A stretch of 64,000 nt of DNA from Omnitrophica bacterium GWA2_41_15 (GTDB taxonomy: Bacteria > Omnitrophota > Gorgyraeia > Gygaellales > UBA12090). Below are positions 1 through 8,332 of the stretch, piece by piece (within the stretch, counting starts at the first letter, position 1; every line of letters begins with the position of its first letter). The notes below the pieces were generated by a model. It saw nothing but the letters and a program-made list of their open reading frames with translations, made no database searches and was not told the origin of the DNA. The stretch is from assembly GCA_919902675.1 (NCBI GenBank), contig CAKKRH010000014.1, positions 21,393 to 85,392 of the forward strand. The letters are read 5' to 3'. The position numbers were made by a program, and so were the translations under genes.

Positions 1-193
1 GTTTAAATTTAGCGGCTATATCCTTAAATTCAGTAACCTTAATCCAAAAGAGCTTATCCGCGTATTTCTTCAGGCATCCCCGGGTATTTCCCTTAACGGC
101 GATAGCGATAACCGAATAACCTGAATCAGCGGCTTCCTGAGAGAATAGAATCGGAAAATTGCCCCTTCCGGCGATAAGACCTATTTTTTCCAT
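1..193 (-). CDS. lpxI: LpxI-family (DUF1009) UDP-2,3-diacylglucosamine hydrolase, N-terminal fragment running off the window edge
   Basis: Absent from the ORF track because it is truncated. Reverse translation from ATG 193-191 gives MEKIGLIAGRGNFPILFSQEAADSGYSVIAIAVKG..., which fits the LGLIAGxGxLP N-terminus of LpxI. It lies directly downstream of lpxD-lpxC/fabZ-lpxA. Confidence 0.55.
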   Translation of the reverse strand, partial: MEKIGLIAGRGNFPILFSQEAADSGYSVIAIAVKGNTRGCLKKYADKLFWIKVTEFKDIAAKFK

Positions 194-281
194 GCGCTTT
201 GGCCTTTCCTAAAAGAGGTGTCAGGAAAGTCTATCCCTGCCTCTAAAACAGGCAGGGGTCTGAATTATATTTGGCGGGAAG

Positions 282-1079
282 CTATAGAGATTCTTCCTGT
301 GGCGCGCGGTTTGCCCTGGCAACTCCCCGCGAAGAAGACTTTATGAAATCTAATAAATAAGCGGCTTCGGGACTTTGGGGAATGTCCTTTCTGGCTTTTT
401 CTACAGCGCTTGCCTTGTTCAGGCCAAGGAAGAAAAGTATTTTGAACGCGATTTTTAAATCCGAGATAATCTTGGAGGAAATCTGGGCCCGGCGAAGCCC
501 GACCAGATTTAAACCGTAAACCTTAGCCGGATGGCCGTCACAAGTGGAGAAAGGCGGAATATCCTGAACCACTTTGGAACAGCCGCCGATAATAGACATC
601 TTACCCACCCGGGTAAATTGGTGTATGGCCACCAAGCCTCCGATGACAGCCCGGTCTTCTATGGTAACATGGCCGGCCAGGGTAGCGCAATTCGCCAGAA
701 CACAATTATCCCCCACCACGCAATCATGGGCAATATGTGAATAGGCCATAATCAGGTTGTTATCGCCTACCTGGGTCAATCCTTTTTCTACTGTCCCCAG
801 GTTAATAGTAGTATATTCCCGGATAATGTTATTCTCGCCAATTATTAATTTAGTATCTTCACCTTTATATTTTAAATCCTGAGGAACACTTCCGATAACC
901 GCCCCATTAAAAATCTGGCATCCGGCTCCGATAACGGTGGAGCCGTCAATCAGACAAGAATTACCGATTTTCACCCCGGAACCGATTTTAACCTTGGGCC
1001 CGATAACGGTCCACGGCCCGATTTCCACATCGCCGGGAACCTGGGCTTCTTGAGCAACTATCGCTGTTTTATGTATCAT
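282..1079 (-). CDS. lpxA: acyl-ACP--UDP-N-acetylglucosamine O-acyltransferase
   Basis: 265-aa ORF with left-handed beta-helix hexapeptide repeats (IGPKVKIGSGVKIGNSCLIDG...) and a helical C-terminal domain, in lipid A operon context. Confidence 0.9.
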   Translation of the reverse strand: MIHKTAIVAQEAQVPGDVEIGPWTVIGPKVKIGSGVKIGNSCLIDGSTVIGAGCQIFNGAVIGSVPQDLKYKGEDTKLIIGENNIIREYTTINLGTVEKGLTQVGDNNLIMAYSHIAHDCVVGDNCVLANCATLAGHVTIEDRAVIGGLVAIHQFTRVGKMSIIGGCSKVVQDIPPFSTCDGHPAKVYGLNLVGLRRAQISSKIISDLKIAFKILFFLGLNKASAVEKARKDIPQSPEAAYLLDFIKSSSRGVARANRAPQEESL

Positions 1080-1082
1080 CTT

Positions 1083-2402
1083 TTAATTATCCACCAGGGC
1101 AAACATCAGCTCGCCTTCAGCGGCTACCTTACCATCCACATAAGCCTTACCGTAAACCCGGCCGGTCTTGGATTTAATTCTACCGGCGATAACCTCAATC
1201 ACCAGCTGGTCTCCCGGTAAGACCGTCTTTCTGAATTTTACCCGGTCAACTGCCATAAAAAAGGCCAGTTTCCCCTGGTTTTCCTCGGGAGAAAGCATCA
1301 TTACTCCTCCCACCTGAGCCATGGCCTCAACGATCAAGACTCCGGGCATAACCGGCCGCCCCGGGAAATGCCCAACGAAAAAATTCTCATTCATAGTTAC
1401 ATTCTTGATTCCCACCGCCCGTTTGCCCTTCTCCATGGAAATAATTTTATCCACCAGGAGAAAAGGATAACGATGAGGAAGTATCTTCATAATCATTGAG
1501 GTGTCAATTACTTCATCGCTCTTAGGAATATAACCGGCGGATATCCCCCCAAGCTCAAAGCGCGTCTTTTGCTGCCAAATTTTCTTGACTAATTTTAGAT
1601 TAAGGGAATGCCCGCTCCTGATGGCGATTATCCTGGCTTTAAGCGGCATACCTAAGACATAAAGGTCACCCATCAAGTCCAGTATTTTGTGACGCACGAA
1701 TTCATCGCCAAAACGTAATGTATTATTGATAACCTCATTCTCGCCGACCACCAGGGTGTTCTGATAATTGGCCCCCCGGCCCAAGCCTTTCCCCTGCAGG
1801 TCATCAGCTTCTTCTTTAAGACAAAATGTCCTGGCCCGGGCAAGCTCGCTCTCAAAGGCCTCCGGGTTCAGGGTTAAATCCATATATTGGGACCTAAGAA
1901 AAGAGTGATTATAATTTAAGGTATAGGAAATTTTGTAATCATTATCGGGAAGGGCCACAATCGTCCCGTTTTCATCCTGGACGTTTATCGGCTCTTTCAG
2001 GATATAAAATTTTTTCGGCGCGTCTTGTTCCGTTATGCCCGCTTTTTTAAGCGCCTCTAAAAAATCAAGCCCGGAACCGTCCATCCCGGGTATCTCGTTA
2101 TTATCAAGTTCTATTAGAAGGTTGTCTAACTGCAATCCGGATAAAACCGCCAGAAGATGCTCAACCGTATGCGCCTCAGAATCATTTGCCCCCAGGGAAG
2201 TGCGGCGCATACTGCTCATGGATTCCAGGAGATTCCGGCAATCTACCTTTATTACCGGCTTCCCGGCCAAATCCAAGCGCGTGAAATTTATTCCGCTATT
2301 TACCTCAGCCGGTTTAAATGTCAGGTTAACCTTATTACCGGTATGTAAACCTATCCCTGAGATCTTAACCGGATTCTTAATTGTCTTCTGCATAGGCTCC
2401 AT
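1083..2402 (-). CDS. lpxC/fabZ: bifunctional UDP-3-O-acyl-GlcNAc deacetylase / 3-hydroxyacyl-ACP dehydratase (LpxC-FabZ fusion)
   Basis: 439 aa. The N-terminal part has LpxC motifs (EAHTVEHLLAVLSGL). The C-terminal ~145 aa is a FabZ hot-dog fold (FFVGHFPGRPVMPGVLIVEAMAQ). Confidence 0.9.
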   Translation of the reverse strand: MEPMQKTIKNPVKISGIGLHTGNKVNLTFKPAEVNSGINFTRLDLAGKPVIKVDCRNLLESMSSMRRTSLGANDSEAHTVEHLLAVLSGLQLDNLLIELDNNEIPGMDGSGLDFLEALKKAGITEQDAPKKFYILKEPINVQDENGTIVALPDNDYKISYTLNYNHSFLRSQYMDLTLNPEAFESELARARTFCLKEEADDLQGKGLGRGANYQNTLVVGENEVINNTLRFGDEFVRHKILDLMGDLYVLGMPLKARIIAIRSGHSLNLKLVKKIWQQKTRFELGGISAGYIPKSDEVIDTSMIMKILPHRYPFLLVDKIISMEKGKRAVGIKNVTMNENFFVGHFPGRPVMPGVLIVEAMAQVGGVMMLSPEENQGKLAFFMAVDRVKFRKTVLPGDQLVIEVIAGRIKSKTGRVYGKAYVDGKVAAEGELMFALVDN

Positions 2403-3425
2403 TTACTTCTCCGGCTGTGCCAGACGTTTCTTTAGGGCTGAAACTTCCTCATAAAGCCGCGGCAGTCTCTGAAGGCAGGCATTTACTTTTTTGGCCTCAC
2501 TGTGCGGCCTGGCCGGATACCCGGAAACAAAGGTATTCGCGGGAACAGATTTGGTAACCCCGGCCTGGGCGGCGATTATGGCGCCATCCCCGATTGTAAT
2601 ATGCCCGACTAAGCCGGCCTGACCGGCCAAGATGGCGTTATTTCCGATAACCGTGCTTCCTGAAATACCTACCTGGGATATAATTAATGTGTTTTCGCCG
2701 ATAATCACATTATGGGCGATTTGAACCAAATTATCAATCTTGGTGCCCTTGCCCACAATTGTCTTATCAAAACGCGCCCGGTCAATGGTAACATTGGCCC
2801 CTATTTCCACATCGTCCTGTATTTCTACGGTGCCTATCTGGGGGATTTTTTGATGCCTGCCGTTAACATTGATAAAACCAAAACCGTCTGAGCCAATAAC
2901 TGTTCCGCTGTGAATTATTACCCGGCTGCCGATGGTTATCTTCTCCCTTATCGAGACATGAGGATAGACAATACAATCATTGCCTATGGAACTGCCATAG
3001 CCGATAAAACATCCGGGATAAATAACCGTCCTGTCCCCTATTACCGCGTTATCATCTATTACCGTGTAGGCGCCTAAAGCCGCGTCTTTACCTAAAGATA
3101 CATTCTTACCGATGAGTGCGCTGGGATGAATTCCCACGGGATGACGCACCTGGGATGGACAGATATGGGAAACTACCCTGGTAAAGGCAAGCGAGGGATT
3201 ATCGGTCTTGATTATCGGTTTAAGCAGCGAACCAACATCCTTGGAGGTAATGATAGCCGAGGCATTGGTCTCATCCGCCAGACTGCCGTAGCGGGAATTA
3301 GCCAGGAAAGTAATATCTCCCGGCCGGGCCTCTTTTATTCCGCTGACTCCGGTTATGACGATATCCGGATCCCCCACTATCTCTCCGTCAATGAGCCTGG
3401 CTATTTCAGATAAAGTACTTTGCAT
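2403..3425 (-). CDS. lpxD: UDP-3-O-acylglucosamine N-acyltransferase
   Basis: 340 aa with an N-terminal UDP-binding region followed by long hexapeptide repeats. Its stop abuts the lpxC/fabZ start. Confidence 0.9.
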   Translation of the reverse strand: MQSTLSEIARLIDGEIVGDPDIVITGVSGIKEARPGDITFLANSRYGSLADETNASAIITSKDVGSLLKPIIKTDNPSLAFTRVVSHICPSQVRHPVGIHPSALIGKNVSLGKDAALGAYTVIDDNAVIGDRTVIYPGCFIGYGSSIGNDCIVYPHVSIREKITIGSRVIIHSGTVIGSDGFGFINVNGRHQKIPQIGTVEIQDDVEIGANVTIDRARFDKTIVGKGTKIDNLVQIAHNVIIGENTLIISQVGISGSTVIGNNAILAGQAGLVGHITIGDGAIIAAQAGVTKSVPANTFVSGYPARPHSEAKKVNACLQRLPRLYEEVSALKKRLAQPEK

Positions 3426-3477
3426 GTTAAAAAGCTATGAGTTAAATTTATAACTTATCGCTTCCTTTGAATTATGG

Positions 3478-4002
3478 TTATTTCCCTGAAGGCGCCTTAG
3501 TCTTCTTGTAGTTCGCCTGGAGCGTTTCTAAGACCTTAGCGGTAACATCGTTAGCCTTATTACTATAAGCAAATACCCGGTCGTTAAAAATCATAGTATA
3601 GCCTTCTTTTTTGGCAAACTGGGCTGTGGCTTCCTCGATATCTTTAGCTACCTCTTTAAGCCTATCGTCGCCTTCTTTCTTCAGGTCGGTTTCCCTGGTT
3701 AAAGTAAAATCACGCGCCGCCTTAACCTTATCCTCAAGATCCTTCTGTTGCTTTTCCCTCTCGGCTTCAGTAAGCAGATTAAGCTTATCCTGAAGCTGTT
3801 TTATCTCGGAAATCTTGACATCCCGCTCTTTTTCATAAGAGCTGGCTTTCTGCTCAAGGCCCTTGGAATATTCCTTGGTCTTTTCATATTCATCAAAAAG
3901 ATTTCCCACGTCCACCGAGCCAATTTTGTCCGCGGCATAAACCCGGCCTAAAGATAAAAAACCAAATACCGTTATAATACCCACTACCAATGCTTTTCTC
4001 AT
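3478..4002 (-). CDS. skp: OmpH/Skp family periplasmic chaperone
   Basis: 174 aa with a signal peptide (MRKALVVGIITVFGFLSLGRVYA) and a Lys/Glu-rich coiled-coil body. It sits between bamA and lpxD, as in the canonical cluster. Confidence 0.8.
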   Translation of the reverse strand: MRKALVVGIITVFGFLSLGRVYAADKIGSVDVGNLFDEYEKTKEYSKGLEQKASSYEKERDVKISEIKQLQDKLNLLTEAEREKQQKDLEDKVKAARDFTLTRETDLKKEGDDRLKEVAKDIEEATAQFAKKEGYTMIFNDRVFAYSNKANDVTAKVLETLQANYKKTKAPSGK

Positions 4003-4021
4003 CTTCTCTTATCTCCTTTAA

Positions 4022-4199
4022 CCCGGAATTTGCAATAGGATTTCGGCAAAATGTCTCTAAATCCTTGCCAATACTGCGTTATGCTCGCAAAAGTGTCCTC
4101 GGCGTATCGCACCGGATACGCCTGCGGTACTTTTGCTCGCATGCCTTGTCTTGTCAAGGATTTAGGCCATTTTTCTCGAAACCTATCGCAAAATCCGGG
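4022..4199. mobile_element. MITE family B, copy 1 (178 bp)
   Basis: Terminal inverted repeats cccggaatttgcaatagg / cctatcgcaaaatccggg, nested internal palindromes, and a direct 5-bp duplication TTTAA at 4017-4021 and 4200-4204. No ORF. Confidence 0.75.
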
Positions 4200-4235
4200 T
4201 TTAATAATTGTTGTTAATTTCGCGCTTTCCGAGTT

Positions 4236-6785
4236 TCAAAAGCCGTGGCTTAGGCTGAAATGAAACCTGCCTTTTCCTTTTGAAGGCTCACCCGGCTCCT
4301 TGTTTAAGGGCCAGCCATAATCCAATCTCATCGGCCCAATAGGAGTTTTAACCCTCACCCCGAAACCAAAACCTGATTTAAAATCCCCGGAGGCGAAATC
4401 AGACATTTTTCTCCAGACGTTACCGGTATCGTAGAATGCCGCCCCCTTAATGAAATCAACGATGGGATAAAGATATTCAATGTTACCCACCAGCATTGCA
4501 TCGCCTCCGATAGGATCCTTGGATACCGGGTCTATGGGCCCGATTTTTCTTTCGTGATATCCGCGGATGCTGTAGGCGCCTCCGGCGTAAAAACGCTCGT
4601 AAATAGGAACGGTGCCGGTGTTAGCGTAGGCATCGGTTAATCCGGCGCGCAGCCTAAATTCCAAGACCGAAGAATTAAATAAACCGAAATATTTACTGTT
4701 GGCGCTGGTAAACTTGAAGAAATCCTTATCGCCTCCAAAAGGCCCTCCGGCCAGTTCAAATGTCCCGGCTAGGACATAGCCCTTGGAAGGGTTAAAGATA
4801 TTATCCCGGGTATCCCGGGTTAAACCAAACTGCATTGAGCTTATGATATTTGTTCCCACCTCTTTTATCAGATCGGCTGTGGCATCGCTGGAAGCGTTGG
4901 AGATATCCACCTCTTCTATCTTATACATCGTATCGGCCCTAAGATATTCATTCAACTCTTTTCCCAGGCGCAGGTCGCCTCCGGTCCTTTTCTCGCTATA
5001 GCCGTAACCGACATCGGTCTCCCGGTCACGGGCCCTGCGGTAAGCGTCAAAACCAAAGGATACCGGATAATCAAACATCCAAGGCTCGGTAAAACTCATT
5101 TCAAAGTTAGTGGTAATTGAACCGAGTTCCGCCCGAAAACGCAGGTCCTGGCCTCCGCCGGTAAAATAAGGAAAATTCTTCCAGTCAAAATTCTTCTGGG
5201 CTATCTCTACAAAACCTATTAGACTGTCTACCGAGCTGTATCCGCCGCCGAAACTGAACTCTCCGGTCTTGGACTCTTTTACATCCACGACCAGATTCCT
5301 CTTGCTTTGGTCGGGAGAATCCGAAGGCTCAATATCATACCCTACCTCCTCAAAGAAACCCAGGTTCCGCAGGCGCTCCTTACTGCGCTTAAGCTTATCC
5401 CCGTCAAAACGCTCACCCGGGTATATCCTTAGCTCCCTCCTGATAACCTTATCTTTGGTTTTTATATTCCCCCGTATCTTAACCTTGTCCACATAGCCGA
5501 TTATTCCCTCATCTATAGAATAGGTAATATCCACCCGGTCGGTCTCCGGATTTAGATAAGAACTCTCGGAAGCCTGGGCAAAAATATATCCCTTATCAAA
5601 ATAGAGGCCCTGGATATCAGAGGCGCCTTCGTGCATGCTCTCCGGGCTGAAAACCTTACCCGCGCCTAAGGCCTTCAGGGATTTAATTATCTCATCCTCG
5701 CTAAAAACCGTATTACCTTTGACGCGCACGCGGCCGATGGTATACCTTCTTCCCTCTTCAATCCTGATCACCACGAACATCCAGCCTTTTTTTTCCCCGT
5801 AACCGGTTTCGTAATCAATCTTGGCGTCGGTGTAGCCTTCCCGGCGGTAAAAAGACTTTAATCTTTCGATATCATCCTTTAAAAGATCCTCTTTGTAAAA
5901 ACCCGAACTAAAAAAACCCGACCGGCGGCTTTTCATCAGCTTAATCAACCTTTTGGTTTTTAAATTTTTATTGCCGCGGATATCGAATTTCTTTATCTTC
6001 ATCCGGGCGCCGGAATCAATGGTAATGGTAAGGATTACCTTGTTAGTCTCAGGGCTAGTAACCTGGCCTTGAGTTATCCGGGCCTCAGGATAGCCCTTCT
6101 TAACACAGGCATCCTTGATTGTCTGAAGGTCCTCTTTTAATTGAACCTCATCCAGATACTGGCCTTGTTTAAGCTTAATGGTTTCTCTTAATTTCTCTTC
6201 CCGGATTATCCGGGAAAAATATCCCTTGAAAACAATTTTTCCGATAAGCGATTTCTCCGAAACTATAATAAACACCTTAATCCCTTCCTCAAAATCCTGG
6301 GTATCTATCTTGATGTCGCTGAAGTAACCCAATTCATTGACCCGTTTAATATCCTCACTGATAATATTAGTGGAATACAGCGAACCCAGGCGGGTCTTAA
6401 TCTTGGAAAGAATAACCGCTGAGCTAATAAACCTGTTGCCTTGGACCTCAATAGCCGTAATTTTTTTCTCGACAGACGGTTCGGCCCTGCGGTTTGCCGC
6501 AGGCGGGATTTGGGCTAATTTTAAATCTGCTTCAGGCGCGGCACGGCCCACAGCGGCCTCCAAAACAGGTTTTTCTTCGGCTGTCTGGTTAGCCGGGGCG
6601 CTTTGCGAATAAGCTGTTTCCGATAATAAACTTAAGGCGCCAATGATAAAAATCAATCCTTCGACACCACGGGCTAAAGCCCGTAGTTTGCTCAGGATTG
6701 ATACTGAGAGCGGCGCTTTCTTTCCCCGCCCTAAAGGGCGGGGTTTGAGCGCCGCCGAATGTATCAATAAACTCTTTATTCTCAT
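4236..6785 (-). CDS. bamA: outer membrane protein assembly factor BamA
   Basis: 849 aa with POTRA-like repeats and a C-terminal beta-barrel ending in ...RFHFSLSHGF (terminal aromatic residue). Codons 7-46 are encoded by repeat family C (see findings). Confidence 0.9.
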   Translation of the reverse strand: MRIKSLLIHSAALKPRPLGRGKKAPLSVSILSKLRALARGVEGLIFIIGALSLLSETAYSQSAPANQTAEEKPVLEAAVGRAAPEADLKLAQIPPAANRRAEPSVEKKITAIEVQGNRFISSAVILSKIKTRLGSLYSTNIISEDIKRVNELGYFSDIKIDTQDFEEGIKVFIIVSEKSLIGKIVFKGYFSRIIREEKLRETIKLKQGQYLDEVQLKEDLQTIKDACVKKGYPEARITQGQVTSPETNKVILTITIDSGARMKIKKFDIRGNKNLKTKRLIKLMKSRRSGFFSSGFYKEDLLKDDIERLKSFYRREGYTDAKIDYETGYGEKKGWMFVVIRIEEGRRYTIGRVRVKGNTVFSEDEIIKSLKALGAGKVFSPESMHEGASDIQGLYFDKGYIFAQASESSYLNPETDRVDITYSIDEGIIGYVDKVKIRGNIKTKDKVIRRELRIYPGERFDGDKLKRSKERLRNLGFFEEVGYDIEPSDSPDQSKRNLVVDVKESKTGEFSFGGGYSSVDSLIGFVEIAQKNFDWKNFPYFTGGGQDLRFRAELGSITTNFEMSFTEPWMFDYPVSFGFDAYRRARDRETDVGYGYSEKRTGGDLRLGKELNEYLRADTMYKIEEVDISNASSDATADLIKEVGTNIISSMQFGLTRDTRDNIFNPSKGYVLAGTFELAGGPFGGDKDFFKFTSANSKYFGLFNSSVLEFRLRAGLTDAYANTGTVPIYERFYAGGAYSIRGYHERKIGPIDPVSKDPIGGDAMLVGNIEYLYPIVDFIKGAAFYDTGNVWRKMSDFASGDFKSGFGFGVRVKTPIGPMRLDYGWPLNKEPGEPSKGKGRFHFSLSHGF
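6648..6767. repeat. Repeat family C, copy 1 (~120 bp, two hairpins), embedded in frame in the bamA 5' end
   Basis: Near-identical, in inverted orientation, to 8792-8914. It contains the hairpins tcaatcct...aggattga, cacgggctaaagcccgt and ccccgccctaaagggcgggg. Confidence 0.8.
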
Positions 6786-6792
6786 ATATTTT

Positions 6793-6821
6793 ATTATAGT
6801 AAATTACACTTCAAAAAGCAA
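6793..6821 (-). promoter_or_regulatory. putative sigma70-type promoter of bamA (TTGCTT-N17-TATAAT), 7 nt upstream of the ATG
   Basis: Minus-strand read: ttgctt tttgaagtgtaatttac tataat aaaatat ATG. No Shine-Dalgarno sequence is present, which suggests a leaderless transcript. Confidence 0.4.
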
Positions 6822-6826
6822 TTGAA

Positions 6827-8170
6827 TTATTCCTCTCCCGGCCGGGCCATATTCTCAAATCGGGCGTATTCCTTAACAAAAACCAGATTAAAGGCTCCTA
6901 CCGGGCCGTTACGCTGTTTGGCGATGTTTATATCGGCCAGGCCCTTATTCTCTTCGGTGGGATTATAATATTCTTCGCGCATAAGCAGAACCACCACATC
7001 CGCGTCCTGCTCAATCGCCCCCGATTCCCTGAGGTCGGATAACTGCGGCTTATGGTCGGTGCGGCTTTCTACCGCCCGGGAGAGCTGGCTTATGGCAATC
7101 ACCGGAACATTTAACTCCCTGGCCAAAGCTTTCAACGAACGCGATATATCGGAAATTTCCTGTTGTCTGTTCTCAATCTTATTTGAGCCGCGCATAAGCT
7201 GAAGATAATCCAAAACAATCATCTTGATATCATACTGGGATTTCAGCCTCCTGGCCTTGGCCCTTAATTCCATTGCTGAAATAGACGGGGTATCATCAAT
7301 AAAAATAGGAGCCTCGGAAAGCTTGCCGGCGGCGGCGGTTAATTTCGGCCAGTCGGAAAGCGACAAGAAGCCCGTGCGCACCTTATGGGCGTCAACCCTG
7401 GCATGAGAGCAAAGGAGGCGCTGGACCATCTGCTCTTTAGACATCTCTAAGCTGAAAAACGCGGTAGGCACTTTTTCGATAACCGCGGCATACTCCACCA
7501 TCCCCAAGGCCAGCGCGCTTTTACCCATCGAAGGCCGACCGGCGACAATAATCAGGTCCGAAGGCTGAAGGCCGGCGGTCTTGATGTCAAAATCGGTGTA
7601 TCCGCTGGCTATTCCGGTAACATGGACTTTCCTCTGGTAAAGCTTATCAATTGCCTCAATAGAATCCTTGATTATTTCCTTCAGCGGGACAACCTGGCCT
7701 GATTTACGCTGATCCCTGATTTCAAAAATAAGCCGCTCGGCGTCATCCAAAACCTCATCGGTATTCCCTTCAGCGGTATAGGCATCGCTAATTATCCGGG
7801 TAGAATTACTGATTAAGGCCCGCAAGGTTGCCTTTTCCCTGACGATATGGGCGTAATGCTGGATATTGGCCGCGGTAGGGACGGTATTAACCAATGAGGC
7901 TATATAGCTGGGCCCTTCAACCTTATCCAGAATATTCTGCTTTTTTAATTCCTCGCAGATGGTAATAATATCAATTGCCTTATTCTGATTAAACAGCCCC
8001 AGGATGCAGTTATAGATCTGGCGGTGGCTGTCTTTGTAGAATAATTCCGGAGATAAAATCTCAATTGCCTGGGCAATGGCTTCTTCGTCGATAAGCATCG
8101 AGCCTAAAACAGCCATTTCAGCTTCGAGATTCTGGGGCGGGAGTTTTTCTAAGATAAGTTCCTGAGACAT
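6827..8170 (-). CDS. dnaB: replicative DNA helicase DnaB
   Basis: 447 aa with an N-terminal DnaB domain (PPQNLEAEMAVLGSML), Walker A (GRPSMGKSA) and RecA-like C-terminal motifs. Confidence 0.95.
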   Translation of the reverse strand: MSQELILEKLPPQNLEAEMAVLGSMLIDEEAIAQAIEILSPELFYKDSHRQIYNCILGLFNQNKAIDIITICEELKKQNILDKVEGPSYIASLVNTVPTAANIQHYAHIVREKATLRALISNSTRIISDAYTAEGNTDEVLDDAERLIFEIRDQRKSGQVVPLKEIIKDSIEAIDKLYQRKVHVTGIASGYTDFDIKTAGLQPSDLIIVAGRPSMGKSALALGMVEYAAVIEKVPTAFFSLEMSKEQMVQRLLCSHARVDAHKVRTGFLSLSDWPKLTAAAGKLSEAPIFIDDTPSISAMELRAKARRLKSQYDIKMIVLDYLQLMRGSNKIENRQQEISDISRSLKALARELNVPVIAISQLSRAVESRTDHKPQLSDLRESGAIEQDADVVVLLMREEYYNPTEENKGLADINIAKQRNGPVGAFNLVFVKEYARFENMARPGEE

Positions 8171-8332
8171 CGATTAAAACATATCGATAAACAATAACCG
8201 CTAACCAAAGAATAACCAAACACCAATAATCAATAACCAAACAATGGATTAGTTTCCAGCTTTATCATTGAGATTATTGATTATTGATTATTATTTGTGA
8301 TTTGGAAATTGGTTATTGATTATTGATACGGT
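8171..8332. repeat. long imperfect palindrome built from tandem short words (caataa/ccaaa series)
   Basis: The left arm ...aataaccaaacaccaataatcaataaccaaac is mirrored by ...tttggaaattggttattgattattg. It fills the whole rplI-dnaB spacer. Confidence 0.5.

Noticed and set aside
531-740. This and the many other short plus-strand ORFs in the track (60-190 aa), which lie antisense to long minus-strand genes (for example 2035-2454, 19672-20076, 23717-24211, 25582-26058, 55290-55859, 57357-57998, 61328-61765).
   Set aside because: Each lies entirely within a longer, well-supported gene on the opposite strand. They have low-complexity or Ser/Arg/Leu-rich translations typical of antisense frames, and they lack an RBS or any recognisable motif.
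1673-1855. Same-strand alternative-frame ORFs nested in real genes (1673-1855, 30407-30601, 37257-37475, 47225-47473, 20426-20830, 21490-21825).
   Set aside because: They overlap confidently assigned genes in another frame and show no independent signals, so I treat them as chance ORFs.
1083-2402. The LpxC-FabZ fusion interpreted as an assembly or frameshift artefact.
   Set aside because: This bifunctional fusion is an established natural architecture in several phyla. The ORF is continuous, and both halves have intact motifs.
8171-8332. A CRISPR array as the explanation for the recurring palindromic repeats.
   Set aside because: There is no regular repeat-spacer periodicity and no run of 3 or more identical 24-48-nt direct repeats at fixed spacing. 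Copies are scattered singly between housekeeping genes, and no cas genes are present.
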